Positions 1-11,518 of a DNA stretch of 64,000 nt are shown here, piece after piece. Positions within the stretch are counted from its first letter, which is position 1; the number at the start of each line of letters is the position of its first letter. The stretch covers positions 1 to 64,000 of the forward strand of contig NIVC01003611.1 in the NCBI GenBank assembly GCA_002269645.1. Reading direction: 5' to 3'. The translations under genes were made by a program, and so were the position numbers. Below the pieces are notes generated by a model. It worked only from the letters and a program-made list of their open reading frames with translations. It made no database searches and was not told where the DNA came from. Source of the stretch: Macrostomum lignano (Eukaryota).

Positions 1-52
1 TCTTCCCCGCAACCTTTCCTGAAACGCCTCCCTGCAACCCAGCTCAGCTCAC

Positions 53-185
53 CGGAATCGCATGACGGCCGCAACCAGAAAAAAAGGCGCAATGATGGCG
101 CCGCAGACGGCAAAAACCACCGACTGCTTGAAGGTGATCGGCGCCCTATTGGAATCTGCGTCTGCTCCCTCTGAGTCTTTGCGAG
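53..185 (-). CDS. Probable internal exon of a membrane protein running off the left edge: RKDSEGADADSNRAPITFKQSVVFAVCGAIIAPFFLVAAVMRF
   Basis: Acceptor aatttccccgcag and donor cg|gtgagc bracket a 133-nt open exon (phase 1 in, phase 2 out) ending in a ~20-aa hydrophobic segment. No family recognised. Confidence 0.4.
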
Positions 186-258
186 CTGCGGGGAAATTCG
201 GACTCCAATGAGCTCAGTGGCTCTGCAACTGAATGCAACTTGCTTGCGGAGCTTGGAG

Positions 259-619
259 CTCTCCCTGCAACCCTTCTCTCCCTGCACCCCTTCTCTCCCT
301 GCAACCCTTATCTCCCTGCAACCCTTATCTCCCTGCAACCCTTATCTCCTGCAACCCTTCTCTCCCTACAACCCTTATCTCGCCTAACAACCCTTCTCTC
401 CCTGCAACGCCTTATCTCCCTGCAACCCTTATCTCCCTGCAACCCTTCTCTCCCTGCAACCCTTCTCTCCCTGCAACCCTTCTCTCCCTGCAACCCTTCT
501 CTCCCTGCAACCGCTTCTCTCCCTGCAACCCTTCTCTCCCTGCAACCCTTCTTTCCCTGCAACGCTTCTCTCCCTGCAACCCTTCTCTCGCCTGCAACCC
601 TTCTCTCGCCTGCAACCCT
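259..619. repeat. 17-bp minisatellite (CTCCCTGCAACCCTTCT)n
   Basis: About 20 direct tandem units; source of the spurious SPCNP/LPATL ORFs. Confidence 0.95.
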
Positions 620-633
620 GTCCGCCAGCTCAC

Positions 634-1005
634 CAGATCCGTTAGGATTGTGAACAAAATAAAAAATGCGAGTCGTTGCCGGCCCAACCGCCGGTCCGGT
701 TCACCAGGCTCGACAACCGCCGTCTCGACGCTGCCCGACGGCTCGCGCGGCTGCGAGCTTGGCGCTGTCGGCAGTCGCGCAGATTCACCCGCAGCTGCAG
801 GCCGGCATTGTCTGGCAGGACGGCTACACTGGCCGAGGCGACTCCAGCGCACAGGGACACCGCGGTTTGCGTCATCGGCTGTCAGGGCGCCTTCCAGAGC
901 GGCGACCAGCCTTGGCGGAGCGGCCAGAGCCGCCAGCTGCTGTGGCAGAGCAGTGGAGGCAGAGAGCAGCAGCAGAACAACTCGGCGCAATTCTAAGAAA
1001 CTCAT
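634..1005 (-). CDS. Possible upstream exon of the same left-edge gene, frame uncertain (may carry an indel)
   Basis: GC-rich, coding-like sequence ending at a gatctg|gtgagc donor (633-628). One frame (...TTRIFYFVHNPNGS) is phase-compatible with exon 53-185 but is open for only ~22 codons. Confidence 0.25.
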
Positions 1006-1462
1006 AGCGGACTGTTGCAGGGCGGCAGAGTTGACAAAGCTCTCCAGTAGCTGCTCATGACCGGATCAGTGTGGGGGTTTCCACTGCTTACAGAGGATAT
1101 TTTTGTTCTAAAAACTCCCCTCTACCCTCAGCGCGGAGTCAGCCACGCCAAGCTCTAGCGAGCGTTTCCCAGGCAAGGGCGCTCAGCTGTCCTCAGGCCA
1201 ATGCCGGACCCAAAAAGCGACTGCGCTGCGAGAGGGCATGCGGGGGGGGGGGGTGGGGGGTGGACAGGGAGGCGACACACGCGCGGCGGCTGTGCGGTGT
1301 GGGAATCGAAACTGGGAGTGCGGCGGCAGTGAACAGTCGCTCCGATTTGGTAGCGACACGGCCGCTTGGCCTGAACTGCGCTGCTTGGGATTGGGGTATG
1401 TTTATTGGCCACTGGGTTTCTGCCAGCTCTCGCTACTGAGCTACACTTCTGATCCCCGGTTT

Positions 1463-1487
1463 GTAGGTAGGTAGGTAGGTAGGTAGG

Positions 1488-1526
<39 letters not shown>

Positions 1527-1586
1527 ATAGATAGACAGACAGACAGATAGACAGACAGACAGACAGATAGACAGACAGACAGACAG
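1463..1586. repeat. Compound tetranucleotide microsatellite (GTAG)n(ATAG)n(ACAG)n
   Basis: Directly visible. Confidence 0.95.
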
Positions 1587-2214
1587 AGGAGACAAGAGGG
1601 CAGAGGGAGGGAAGGAGAAGAGAAAGAAGGAGCTGGAGAGCGAAGGGGAAAGAAGAGTGAGAGGGGAGACCGCCAGAGATGGCATTGGGAACTTCCCCAT
1701 CGCCAGCTTCAATAGGCTTTGCAATCCCATATCCGGTCTGGCTGGAGCCGCGGTCACATGCAGAGAGAGGGTCCTGATCCGTACAAGTCCATGTACTGAA
1801 GCAATCGATGGATCCATAGTTCGCATCGAGGTCACACAAATTAAGAGGCTGTTCTCTGATTAGGTCGATCAGAAATCAAGAGACAGACAGACAGTATAGC
1901 TGAGAGAATGAATGATCCAGGATGCTGGACCGGACCCCAATTACACTAAGTGGCGGTGCTACTGAGCTCCCATCAGGCCTTGCAAACCTGCCGCTTTGAT
2001 GGCTTGCTTTCAAAAGCCCATCGGAATCAGATACTTGCGAGTTAATTAAAGTTATACCAAATTAAGGAGAGAGGAAGGTTAAATAGAAAAGGGACAGGAA
2101 ACAGAGATGAGACAGAGGAGAAAACAGATTTAAGAGTTGGAAATCGAATACAACAGGGGAGAGGGACGGCTTGATGGGACGTCAAGTCAGCAGAGAAGTA
2201 TGCTCAGACAGACA

Positions 2215-3108
2215 AAGGTACAGCAGAGGAGCATACTGAGACAAGAGGCACAGCAGAGGAGCATACTCAGGCACAGCAGAGGAGCATACTCAGGCACAGC
2301 AGAGGAGCATACTCAGGAACAGCAGAGCATACTCAGGAACAGCGGAGAGCATACTCAGGCACAGCAAAGCATACTCAGGAACAGCAGAGGAGCATACTCA
2401 GCACAGCAGAGCATACTCAAGCACAGCAGAGGAGCATACTCAGGCACAGCAGAGGAGCATACTCAGGAACAGCAGAGGAGCATACTCAGGCACAGCAAAG
2501 CATACTCAGGCACAGCAGCAGGAGCATACTCAGGCACAGCAGAGGAGCATACTCAGGCACAGCAGAGGAGCATACTCAGGAACAGCAGAGGAGCATACTC
2601 AGGCACAGCAAAGCATACTCAGGAACAGCAGAGGAGCATACTCAGGAACAGCAGAGGAGCATACTCAGGAACAGCAGAGGAGCATACTCAGGAACAGCAG
2701 AGGAGCATACTCAGGCACAGCAGAGGAGCATACTCAGGCACAGCAGAGGAGCATACTCAGGAACAGCAGAGGAGCATACTCAGGAACAGCAGAGGAGCAT
2801 ACTCAGGCACAGCAGAGGAGCATACTCAGGCACAGCAGAGGAGATACTCAGGAACAGCAGAGGAGCATACTCAGGCACAGCAGAGGAGCATACTCAGGAA
2901 CAGCAGAGGAGCATACTCAGGAACAGCAGAGGAGCATACTCAGGCACAGCAGAGGAGCATACTCAGGCACAGCAGAGGAGCATACTCAGGAACAGCAGAG
3001 GAGCATACTCAGGCACAGCAGAGGAGCATACTCAGGCAGACAGCAGCAGAGCATACTCAGGAACAGCAGAGGAGCATACTCAGGAACAGCAGAGGAGTAT
3101 ACTCAGGA
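2215..3108. repeat. 23-bp minisatellite (AGGAGCATACTCAGGCACAGCAG)n
   Basis: 23-nt period (GGAGCAT at 2281 and 2304), ~38 units. Confidence 0.95.
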
Positions 3109-3607
3109 CAGAGACAGCCGGCAGGCTTCGCAAGCCACAAAACACAGGAAGGCCCAAGGCTGCACTAGCAGGGACATAGTCAGATTTGCAATGAAATTAA
3201 ATATTGAGATTGTATTTGCGTTACTCTTTGGCTATTTGTAATCAGCCAAAGCAGCCGGATAATGTTGAAGCAGGAGAGCGGGTTCTGTTTGTAGAAAGCA
3301 AATATTAGCAGAAATCATTGCTTGATTGAACAATGTGAGGTAGGAAAGAAACGATTGCAAAAAAGGCCAAATATTGAAATCGCACACGTTGAACGTGCAG
3401 TTTTAGTCAAAATATCTTACTAAATTATCAACGCAATTTTTCAATATATTGTGCTCTTTTCTAACAGACACGCGGGCAAAACACCAACTGAATGAGATTC
3501 ATTTATGGTACGTAAATATTAGTTACAAATTGGAGTTTATTATAGATGTACCAATCAGCAATCAGCAACCGTCTTGACCAGTCAGCAATAAGAAGGCCCC
3601 CACCTCC

Positions 3608-3801
3608 CACCGCCTTGGCCAATCAGCGATCAGCAGACTCCATCGCCTTGGCCAATCAGCGACCAGCAGGCTCCCACCGCCTTGGCCAATCAGCGACCAG
3701 CAGGCTCCACCTCCCACCGCCTTGGCCAATCAGCGACCAGCAGATTCCCACCGCCTTGGCCAATCAGCGACCAGCAGGCTCCCACCGCCTTGGCCAATCA
3801 G
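3608..3801. repeat. ~34-bp tandem array, six units each containing TTGGCCAATCAG (CCAAT box)
   Basis: Six copies of CGCCTTGGCCAATCAG at 33-40 nt spacing. Confidence 0.9.
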
Positions 3802-4573
3802 ACTTCAGTAATAATATACTACGGCGCTGACAAATCAGTGGTCGAAAAATTCGTCTTAAACTTATTTTTGAACAAGAGAGACAAAAATTTAGAGAAAACA
3901 AAAAGAAAAAACGACAATAAAAGAAATAATTAAGCGCTTGTTTTGAAGCTGAATTATCAGCAAAGCTTTGCTGCTGAAAGAAGAATAAATGTATACGAGC
4001 TCTAGAGAGCCTTGAAGCTGATGTGATCAAAAAGACGCAGAAAACATTAAGATTGATATGCCCAAGCAAGCTGTTTGTGGCAGCAAAAAATCTGATGCTT
4101 TGGAGTAAAGAAACCAGGAGGCAAGTGTTACTAATAGTAGCATTCAATGTAAGTGCGAAAAAGCATAATTTTTGTAACTGTCTAGCAGTTACACTGGCTT
4201 AATCACAGAAACAAAATTTGAAGAAACAATTTAAAGAAATTAAACTGACTAAGGATTGTTGACTGCAAACAGAAGAATAAAACTGCAACAATAAAATGCT
4301 CAATAATATAACCAAAATAAAACTGTCAGACTCAGAACTGTGCAGAATAAAAGATAAAACGATCTACTCATAAAGATGCTATCGTTAAATGGACTTCTGT
4401 ATGCTAAAAGGGGGCGTCAGCGCCAACTTAAGCACAAGAATGGAGATCCCTGGCTTCGCTTCCTCTTTGTCCTTCATAGCAAGCCTTCTCAGTATTAAGA
4501 GAAACTGTCTTTAAAGCAATTCTTTCTAAAGGCTGGATGCACTTTATATGGTGTTTCAAACTTTTTCTAGTTG

Positions 4574-4864
4574 ATTACACCTGCCCCGATTCGGCCAGAT
4601 GTGCAACCGACAGCTCAGCCGCAGCTATTGCGCGGCGTATCTGAAAGCTGAGTACGGCTGTTCAGTCCAAGGACTGGGGGGTCGCCACACACACCCTCAA
4701 TTACCCCAGCTAATGCTGGCACCCATTTTACAGCTGGGTGAACTGTAGCAATGCAGAGTTAAGTGTCTTGCTCAAGGACACAAATTGTTCCAGTGGGATT
4801 GGTAATCGAACCCCCGACCTTCGAATTGTGAGTCGGACGCTCTAACCACTGGGCTACAGTCCCC
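4574..4864 (-). mobile_element. tRNA-derived SINE with CORE-like central domain
   Basis: Minus strand shows A box TAGCCCAGTGG and B box GGTTCGATT, then TGTGTCCTTGAGCAAGACACTTAAC...CAGCTGTAAAATGGG, which resembles the MIR/CORE domain. A second copy lies at 62878-63170. Confidence 0.8.
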
Positions 4865-5829
4865 TTCACACAACAGGCACAACAGGCTAGATGCCTTCCT
4901 AGAGACCTTCCCCGCGCTGACACACATGCATCTCCAGTGCCATCATCAGCCGCAACAGGGCCGTAGTCCCACCGGAGCGGTCACCTCCTCATTTAATGCT
5001 GAAGAGCTCTGCAGATCGGCTTTATGGACGTCACTGCATCCAGTAACGACCTCCAAGTAAATTGGGAATAAATGCAGGCTGCATGAAGGACTCGAAGTCG
5101 CTCCTGCGCTCGCTAGGACAGGCCCAACCAGGTCCAGGTCACCTGTTTGTTGCAGTATCTACGAGACCCTTCTCTCGCTCGCTCGCCACCAGGACACGAA
5201 TCGAACTGCAGTGCCCCAGGAAAAAGCAAGACCAAGACCGAGATCGGTTTCTGGTTTTTTTCGCCATCGTCAGTCAGTCAGTCATGGCCACACGCCATTC
5301 TCTCCCGCCACTCTCAGCGTGTAGAGACATTTCTTTATTGTCAGAGATTTCACGATTCAAATCTGTATCTCCTGTCTACTGTTCTCAGAAGTCTAAACTG
5401 ATTCTCTCACAAGCTGGATGGGATGTCTCGGCGTTTCTAGTCGACTGGGCCAACTACGATTATTAATCGAGATTGTATTCAGGACCCGATTAGAGTGGAA
5501 GGGAGAGGGAATAGAAGATGAGAGACGAGAGAAGAGACGAGGTGAGAGATGGCATGAGTGAAGAGATAAGATAAAATATAAGAGGAGAGGAGAGGACAGA
5601 CGAGAGAATGAGGGGAGAGTGGAGACGGAGAGAGAAGAGAAGAAGGGAAGAGAGGAGTGAAGAGAAAACAGACACAAACCTTGACCCAGCCAGATTGCTA
5701 TTGTGAAGTTTCAAAGGACCTGAGGGCCGGATAGAGAGAGGCGGAGTTTGCCGACTCCTCCACTAAAGTACGAGAGCACTGAGTTACCAGTACGAGCGAA
5801 CTTGAGAACGAGCGCGCATATTCAGCCGG

Positions 5830-5970
5830 TTAAAAATAGAAAAACTGCAACCGACGGTTGCCAAAGTCGCACACGCACAGGCAGTTCCAGTGGTCCAGGC
5901 TGGCCAGGCCGCGCACCATTCGAAAGCGGCCGATCGCTGAGCTTTTCTCGCAGCCCAGCCTAGCCAAGAG

Positions 5971-6018
<48 letters not shown>

Positions 6019-6757
6019 GTCAACGGCCGAGTCGATGACGGCCACAGTGCACTGGCTGGCGCCGTAGGCAACGTACAGGCAGCCCTCCCAGTCGACGCAG
6101 ATGAAGCCGGGGCAGTTCAGCCTGTAGCGCTGCACAACCCGACTGAGATCGCTAGTCGAAAACGCGAATATACAATTGGCTACGGTGTCGCTAACGAATA
6201 GCCGGTTGCCATGGCAACAGACCGAGTGCAGGTCGTGAAATTCTTCGTGGCGCAGTGTATAAAAATACCGATATGTATCGCAGTGATAGACGTCGACATT
6301 GCCAACAATGGAGTTGGTGACGTACAGCAGAGCTCGGAGGGGATCAACGCAGAGGCCGCTGGGTGCAGCAGGCCGGTGATGAGGTGCACGCACTCCAATG
6401 CCAGGTTGCACACGTGCACCCGGCTCTGATGCCAGTTGGCCAGCAGCAGCAGCTCTCCCCGCTCCTGGTAGTGCAGAGCCAGGCGCTGCCGGTGCCTCAG
6501 CTGGACGCGGGTCAGCGGCGAGAAGCTCAAGTTCGAAGAGTTGGACGAGTTGGTAGCGGTTACAACACCACAGGCAATCAGTTCGACTTCACCGTTGTCA
6601 TGGGAACAATATAGCAGGGTTCGGGGCAGGCGGCGCCAGCTGTGGTCGGGCGGTTGCGGCGAAGGGAGCTGCAGCCTGCCGAGGGGCAGTAGTAGAGCAC
6701 CTGGGTGTGCCGAACCAGGACCACGTCGTAGGGGTCCGAGTGACACTGGTAGACCGA
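5830..6757 (-). CDS. TRIM-NHL gene exon 2: NHL/beta-propeller repeats, two apparent 1-nt deletions (near 6602-6604 and 6361-6363)
   Basis: Acceptor ctccccgcag at 6758. NHL-type segments [39 protein letters not shown] and [14 protein letters not shown]. The exon is 928 nt; adding one C to each of two CCC runs gives 930 nt in one frame (EPCYIVPHDNG, GLLHPSGLCVD). Confidence 0.8.
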
Positions 6758-6789
6758 CTGCGGGGAGAGGGGTGAGAATGACGGACTGA

Positions 6790-6818
6790 GTGACAGACAG
6801 ACAGACAGACAGACAGAC

Positions 6819-6887
<69 letters not shown>

Positions 6888-6952
6888 AACAGACAGACAG
6901 ACAGACAGACAGACACACAGACAGACAGACAGACAGAGACAGACAGACAGAC

Positions 6953-7019
<67 letters not shown>

Positions 7020-7064
7020 CACAGACAGACAGACAGACAGACAGAGACAGACAGACAGACAGAC

Positions 7065-7095
<31 letters not shown>

Positions 7096-7134
7096 CACAG
7101 ACAGACAGACAGACAGACAGACACACAGACAGAC

Positions 7135-7189
<55 letters not shown>

Positions 7190-7190
7190 C

Positions 7191-7267
<77 letters not shown>

Positions 7268-7268
7268 C

Positions 7269-7299
<31 letters not shown>

Positions 7300-7336
7300 C
7301 ACAGACAGACAGACACACAGAGACAGACAGACAGAC

Positions 7337-7367
<31 letters not shown>

Positions 7368-7408
7368 CACAGACAGACAGACAGACAGACAGAGACAGAC
7401 AGACAGAC

Positions 7409-7439
<31 letters not shown>

Positions 7440-7478
7440 CACAGACAGACAGACAGACAGACAGACACACAGACAGAC

Positions 7479-7513
<35 letters not shown>

Positions 7514-7538
7514 CACGGACAGACAGACAGACAGACAC

Positions 7539-7589
<51 letters not shown>

Positions 7590-7590
7590 C

Positions 7591-7621
<31 letters not shown>

Positions 7622-7658
7622 CACAGACAGACAGACACACAGAGACAGACAGACAGAC

Positions 7659-7727
<69 letters not shown>

Positions 7728-7786
7728 GACAGACAGACAGACAGAGACAGACAGACAGACAGACAGACAGAGACAGACAGACAGAC

Positions 7787-7817
<31 letters not shown>

Positions 7818-7854
7818 CACAGACAGACAGACAGACAGAGACAGACAGACAGAC

Positions 7855-7921
<67 letters not shown>

Positions 7922-7966
7922 CACAGACAGACAGACAGACAGACAGAGACAGACAGACAGACAGAC

Positions 7967-7997
<31 letters not shown>

Positions 7998-8036
7998 CAC
8001 AGACAGACAGACAGACAGACAGACACACAGACAGAC

Positions 8037-8091
<55 letters not shown>

Positions 8092-8120
8092 CACAGACAG
8101 ACAGACAGACAGACAGACAC

Positions 8121-8167
<47 letters not shown>

Positions 8168-8168
8168 C

Positions 8169-8199
<31 letters not shown>

Positions 8200-8236
8200 C
8201 ACAGACAGACAGACACACAGAGACAGACAGACAGAC

Positions 8237-8267
<31 letters not shown>

Positions 8268-8308
8268 CACAGACAGACAGACAGACAGACAGAGACAGAC
8301 AGACAGAC

Positions 8309-8339
<31 letters not shown>

Positions 8340-8378
8340 CACAGACAGACAGACAGACAGACAGACACACAGACAGAC

Positions 8379-8413
<35 letters not shown>

Positions 8414-8438
8414 CACGGACAGACAGACAGACAGACAC

Positions 8439-8489
<51 letters not shown>

Positions 8490-8490
8490 C

Positions 8491-8521
<31 letters not shown>

Positions 8522-8558
8522 CACAGACAGACAGACACACAGAGACAGACAGACAGAC

Positions 8559-8627
<69 letters not shown>

Positions 8628-8642
8628 GACAGACAGACAGAC

Positions 8643-8673
<31 letters not shown>

Positions 8674-8712
8674 CACAGACAGACAGACAGACAGACAGAC
8701 ACACAGACAGAC

Positions 8713-8767
<55 letters not shown>

Positions 8768-8796
8768 CACAGACAGACAGACAGACAGACAGACAC

Positions 8797-8855
<59 letters not shown>

Positions 8856-8856
8856 C

Positions 8857-8950
<94 letters not shown>
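6790..8950. repeat. ~2.2 kb (ACAG)n microsatellite filling the TRIM-NHL intron, with a ~900-bp internal duplication
   Basis: The variant ACACGGAC recurs at ~7511 and ~8411. Confidence 0.95.
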
Positions 8951-8969
8951 CCAATCAGCTCGCGCGCAC

Positions 8970-9713
8970 CTGCCGAATACTCTGCCAATCCTTGCGCCTG
9001 ATGCAGCCCGCCCCAAGCAGTTCCTTGACGCCACCGGGTCCTCCTCCAGTTGAAGACAGTTTCAAAGGGCAGTTGCTGCCTAGCAGAGCCAGCAGCTGCT
9101 GGGCGCACGTGACAACCAGCTGCTGATCGGTCGGGTCGACAATCAACGACTGACCACTTCCAGCAGCCTGCAAAGCCAGCTGGCTGCACTCGGTCTGCAC
9201 TTCAGTTAGCAGAGACCTCAACTGCTGCACTGATGAAGATGAGTTACCTCCGCCGCCGCTGCCGCACTGTCCAATGTGCCAGACAAAATGCTTTTGGCAC
9301 AGCGATCGCTTGCAGTCGGGACAGGCGTTAGTCGCCAGCCGGTCGGAGTCGCACAGGCAGCAGTAGGCGAGGCTGTCCAGTAGGGAGCCGGCCAGTAGGT
9401 TTCTAGGAAAGCCAAGCTCTTGCTGCTGCTGCTGCACCGGGTGCTCACGGCGACAGACCGGACAGTGGACGACAGTCCTGACGCCTTCAATGCCGGCAAC
9501 GGAAGTCGGTACGACTAAACGGAGCAGGCAGGCGCGGCAAAAGGTGTGCTGGCATGGCAACTGCAGCGGATCGGTGAGCAGCTCTAGGCAGATGCCGCAC
9601 TCCAGATGCTGCTGGACTCGGCAAAGCGGACTCGCCGATGAAGAGGTGGCTGCTGGCAGACTCTGCTGCTGCTGCTGCTGGTAGCCGTTGGTCCGGCAGT
9701 TGGAGTTCAGCAT
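8970..9713 (-). CDS. TRIM-NHL gene exon 1: C3HC4 RING, B-box, short coiled coil
   Basis: [25 protein letters not shown]...CPVCR and [29 protein letters not shown]. Donor cag|gtgcgc is phase 0, matching exon 2. Predicted protein ~557 aa. Confidence 0.88.
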
Positions 9714-9979
9714 GTCGCCTACTCTGAAGACAAATTAATGCAATTATTATAAGGCACAGCAGATTTCTCAGAGCATTTGCCACCGAGCTACTATCAATTC
9801 AGTAATACCTATATTGTAACCGTCCATATTTTGATTTAATAATACAGATAACTCGCCTAGATCGACGTCAAATCATCTAGCATATTTCTACTCGTTCTCG
9901 TAAATGGACCATTGCCTATGGTTTTGAGTTTTTTTCTGTGAATGTGTGTGCATCGCAAGGCATTTATTGTGTAGTCAAA

Positions 9980-11355
9980 CCACAGGTACTAGAAAAACCA
10001 GATGGGCCACTCAGCACATTTGCGTGTTAAGCTACTTTCAATTCAATAGTATGTTAAATAGAAGCATTTTAATGTACTTTTAAAGCCAAGACTCATTGAT
10101 TGGCTCTAACCCCCCCCAGCCCAAACCCTCCAACCGCACCGCGCCTTTCTACACTACCCCCGCCCGCCCCGCCCCCCGCCTTTCTCAGAATTCCACCTTA
10201 GTGGACTGGCTAATGTACATTATTGCTGAACCAATTAAGCAGATTGTTTACGCCTGCAAGCTTGGGTTAATGCCTGTGCTTTTAAGAGTCGTTTTATAGT
10301 ATTTGCGTAGAATTCTAGTGCACACCACAGCTGCGCCATGGCGCTTTAGCTTCACTGCAATTGCTTAATAGGCAACATAATATATAGGCGAGCTTGTGGG
10401 GCTTCTCTAGGATTTATTCTAGTTTAATTGGTCATCCTAAAGTCGCGTTGTAAGAAGGGGCAATTTAGATTAACTGGCAGCGATTGGCTAAGTATGTACA
10501 TCGATCATAAAATTCACGATTTTATTGCCAGCCTGCAGGCTAATGTCTGCATTCTGCAATTAAACTCTCTACCCCAATTTAACTGCTTAACTAACAAGTC
10601 ACGTGCTTAAAGCCGCAGTGGCAGACTAATGTATATTATTTGATTGCTTCTTTGCCTGCCCTATTTAATTGTTTTTCACTGAAATCAACTGCCTTCTCTG
10701 AAATAGCTAGCTTGTAGGCTATCTAAAAATAGCTTTCCCAACTTAGCGAGTTAGGGACGAAAAATCCGAGGTTAACAAAACTTCTTAGAATCTTTGAAAC
10801 ACAAAGATTTAAGCGCAGTGTATTTATTGAACTTCCGCCGTATAATAAAATTATTTTTTAACCACCTCGGAATCAAAGCTCCAGCACGATATATACAATA
10901 AGTCCAGTAGAATCAAGTACAGATGAAAATTGGCAAACGTAAAAATGCAAATTCAACAGATTTGTTGTCCCGATAAAAAAAGCGTTTTATATCCATTCCG
11001 GCTAGCACCTTTGATGCCTTTAAATTGGATTCGTTCCTATTTAGTTCTGGTGGTGCCACAGATACTAGAATAACTAAATAGGCCACTCAGCACATTTGCG
11101 TGTAAGCTACTTTTAGTTCAGTAGTAATTTAAACGAAGCATTTTAATGTATTTTTGAAGCCAAGGCTCATTTATCGGCCCTTACCCCCCCCCCCCAGCTT
11201 AAACCCTCCAAACGCGCCTTTCCACACTATCCCGCCCCAATTTTATTGCCTTTCTCGGAATTCCACCCGAAAGCTGCCATGTACATTTCAGTGGACTGGC
11301 CAATGTACATTATTGTTGAACCAATTAGCAAGCTGTTTACGCCTGCAAGCTTGGG
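9980..11355. repeat. Diverged ~290-bp direct repeat (9980-10266 and 11056-11355)
   Basis: Shared blocks GGCCACTCAGCACATTTGCGTG, GAAGCATTTTAATGTA, GTGGACTGGC(T/C)AATGTACATTATTG and ACGCCTGCAAGCTTGGG. Confidence 0.85.
10095..10240 (-). promoter_or_regulatory. Probable TRIM-NHL core promoter (GC boxes and CCAAT)
   Basis: CCCGCCC/CCCCGCCCC cluster at ~10159-10180 and ATTGG/CCAAT motifs 400-520 nt upstream of the ATG at 9713. Confidence 0.4.
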
Positions 11356-11518
11356 CTTCTAAACTTATCAAAGTCATTTCAGCTGCCTTTATTTTATTAA
11401 ATGGCAATAGCTTATGTATTTTTCTTAGCTAATTTTACTAAGTATATATATGCCTCAGTGGCCCATCTAGTTATTTTAGAATCTGTGGGCGGTGCTGTCT
11501 AGGACAAGGATTTAGCTA

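Noticed and set aside
1441-1839. Cadherin-like words (DLDANYG, ACDRG)
   Set aside because: The spacing is far too short for a cadherin repeat and no convincing splice sites were found.
6205-6218. Perfect palindromic X-box GTTGCCATGGCAAC
   Set aside because: It lies inside the NHL coding exon (VCCHGNR), so it is likely coincidental.
6180-9189. 800-900-aa ORFs (SVCL.../TDRQ...) and similar ORFs at 2137, 16204, 18044, 19618-20711, 21056, 25055, 28367, 34745 and 36261
   Set aside because: These are translations of stop-free micro- and minisatellites, lying in introns or intergenic DNA.
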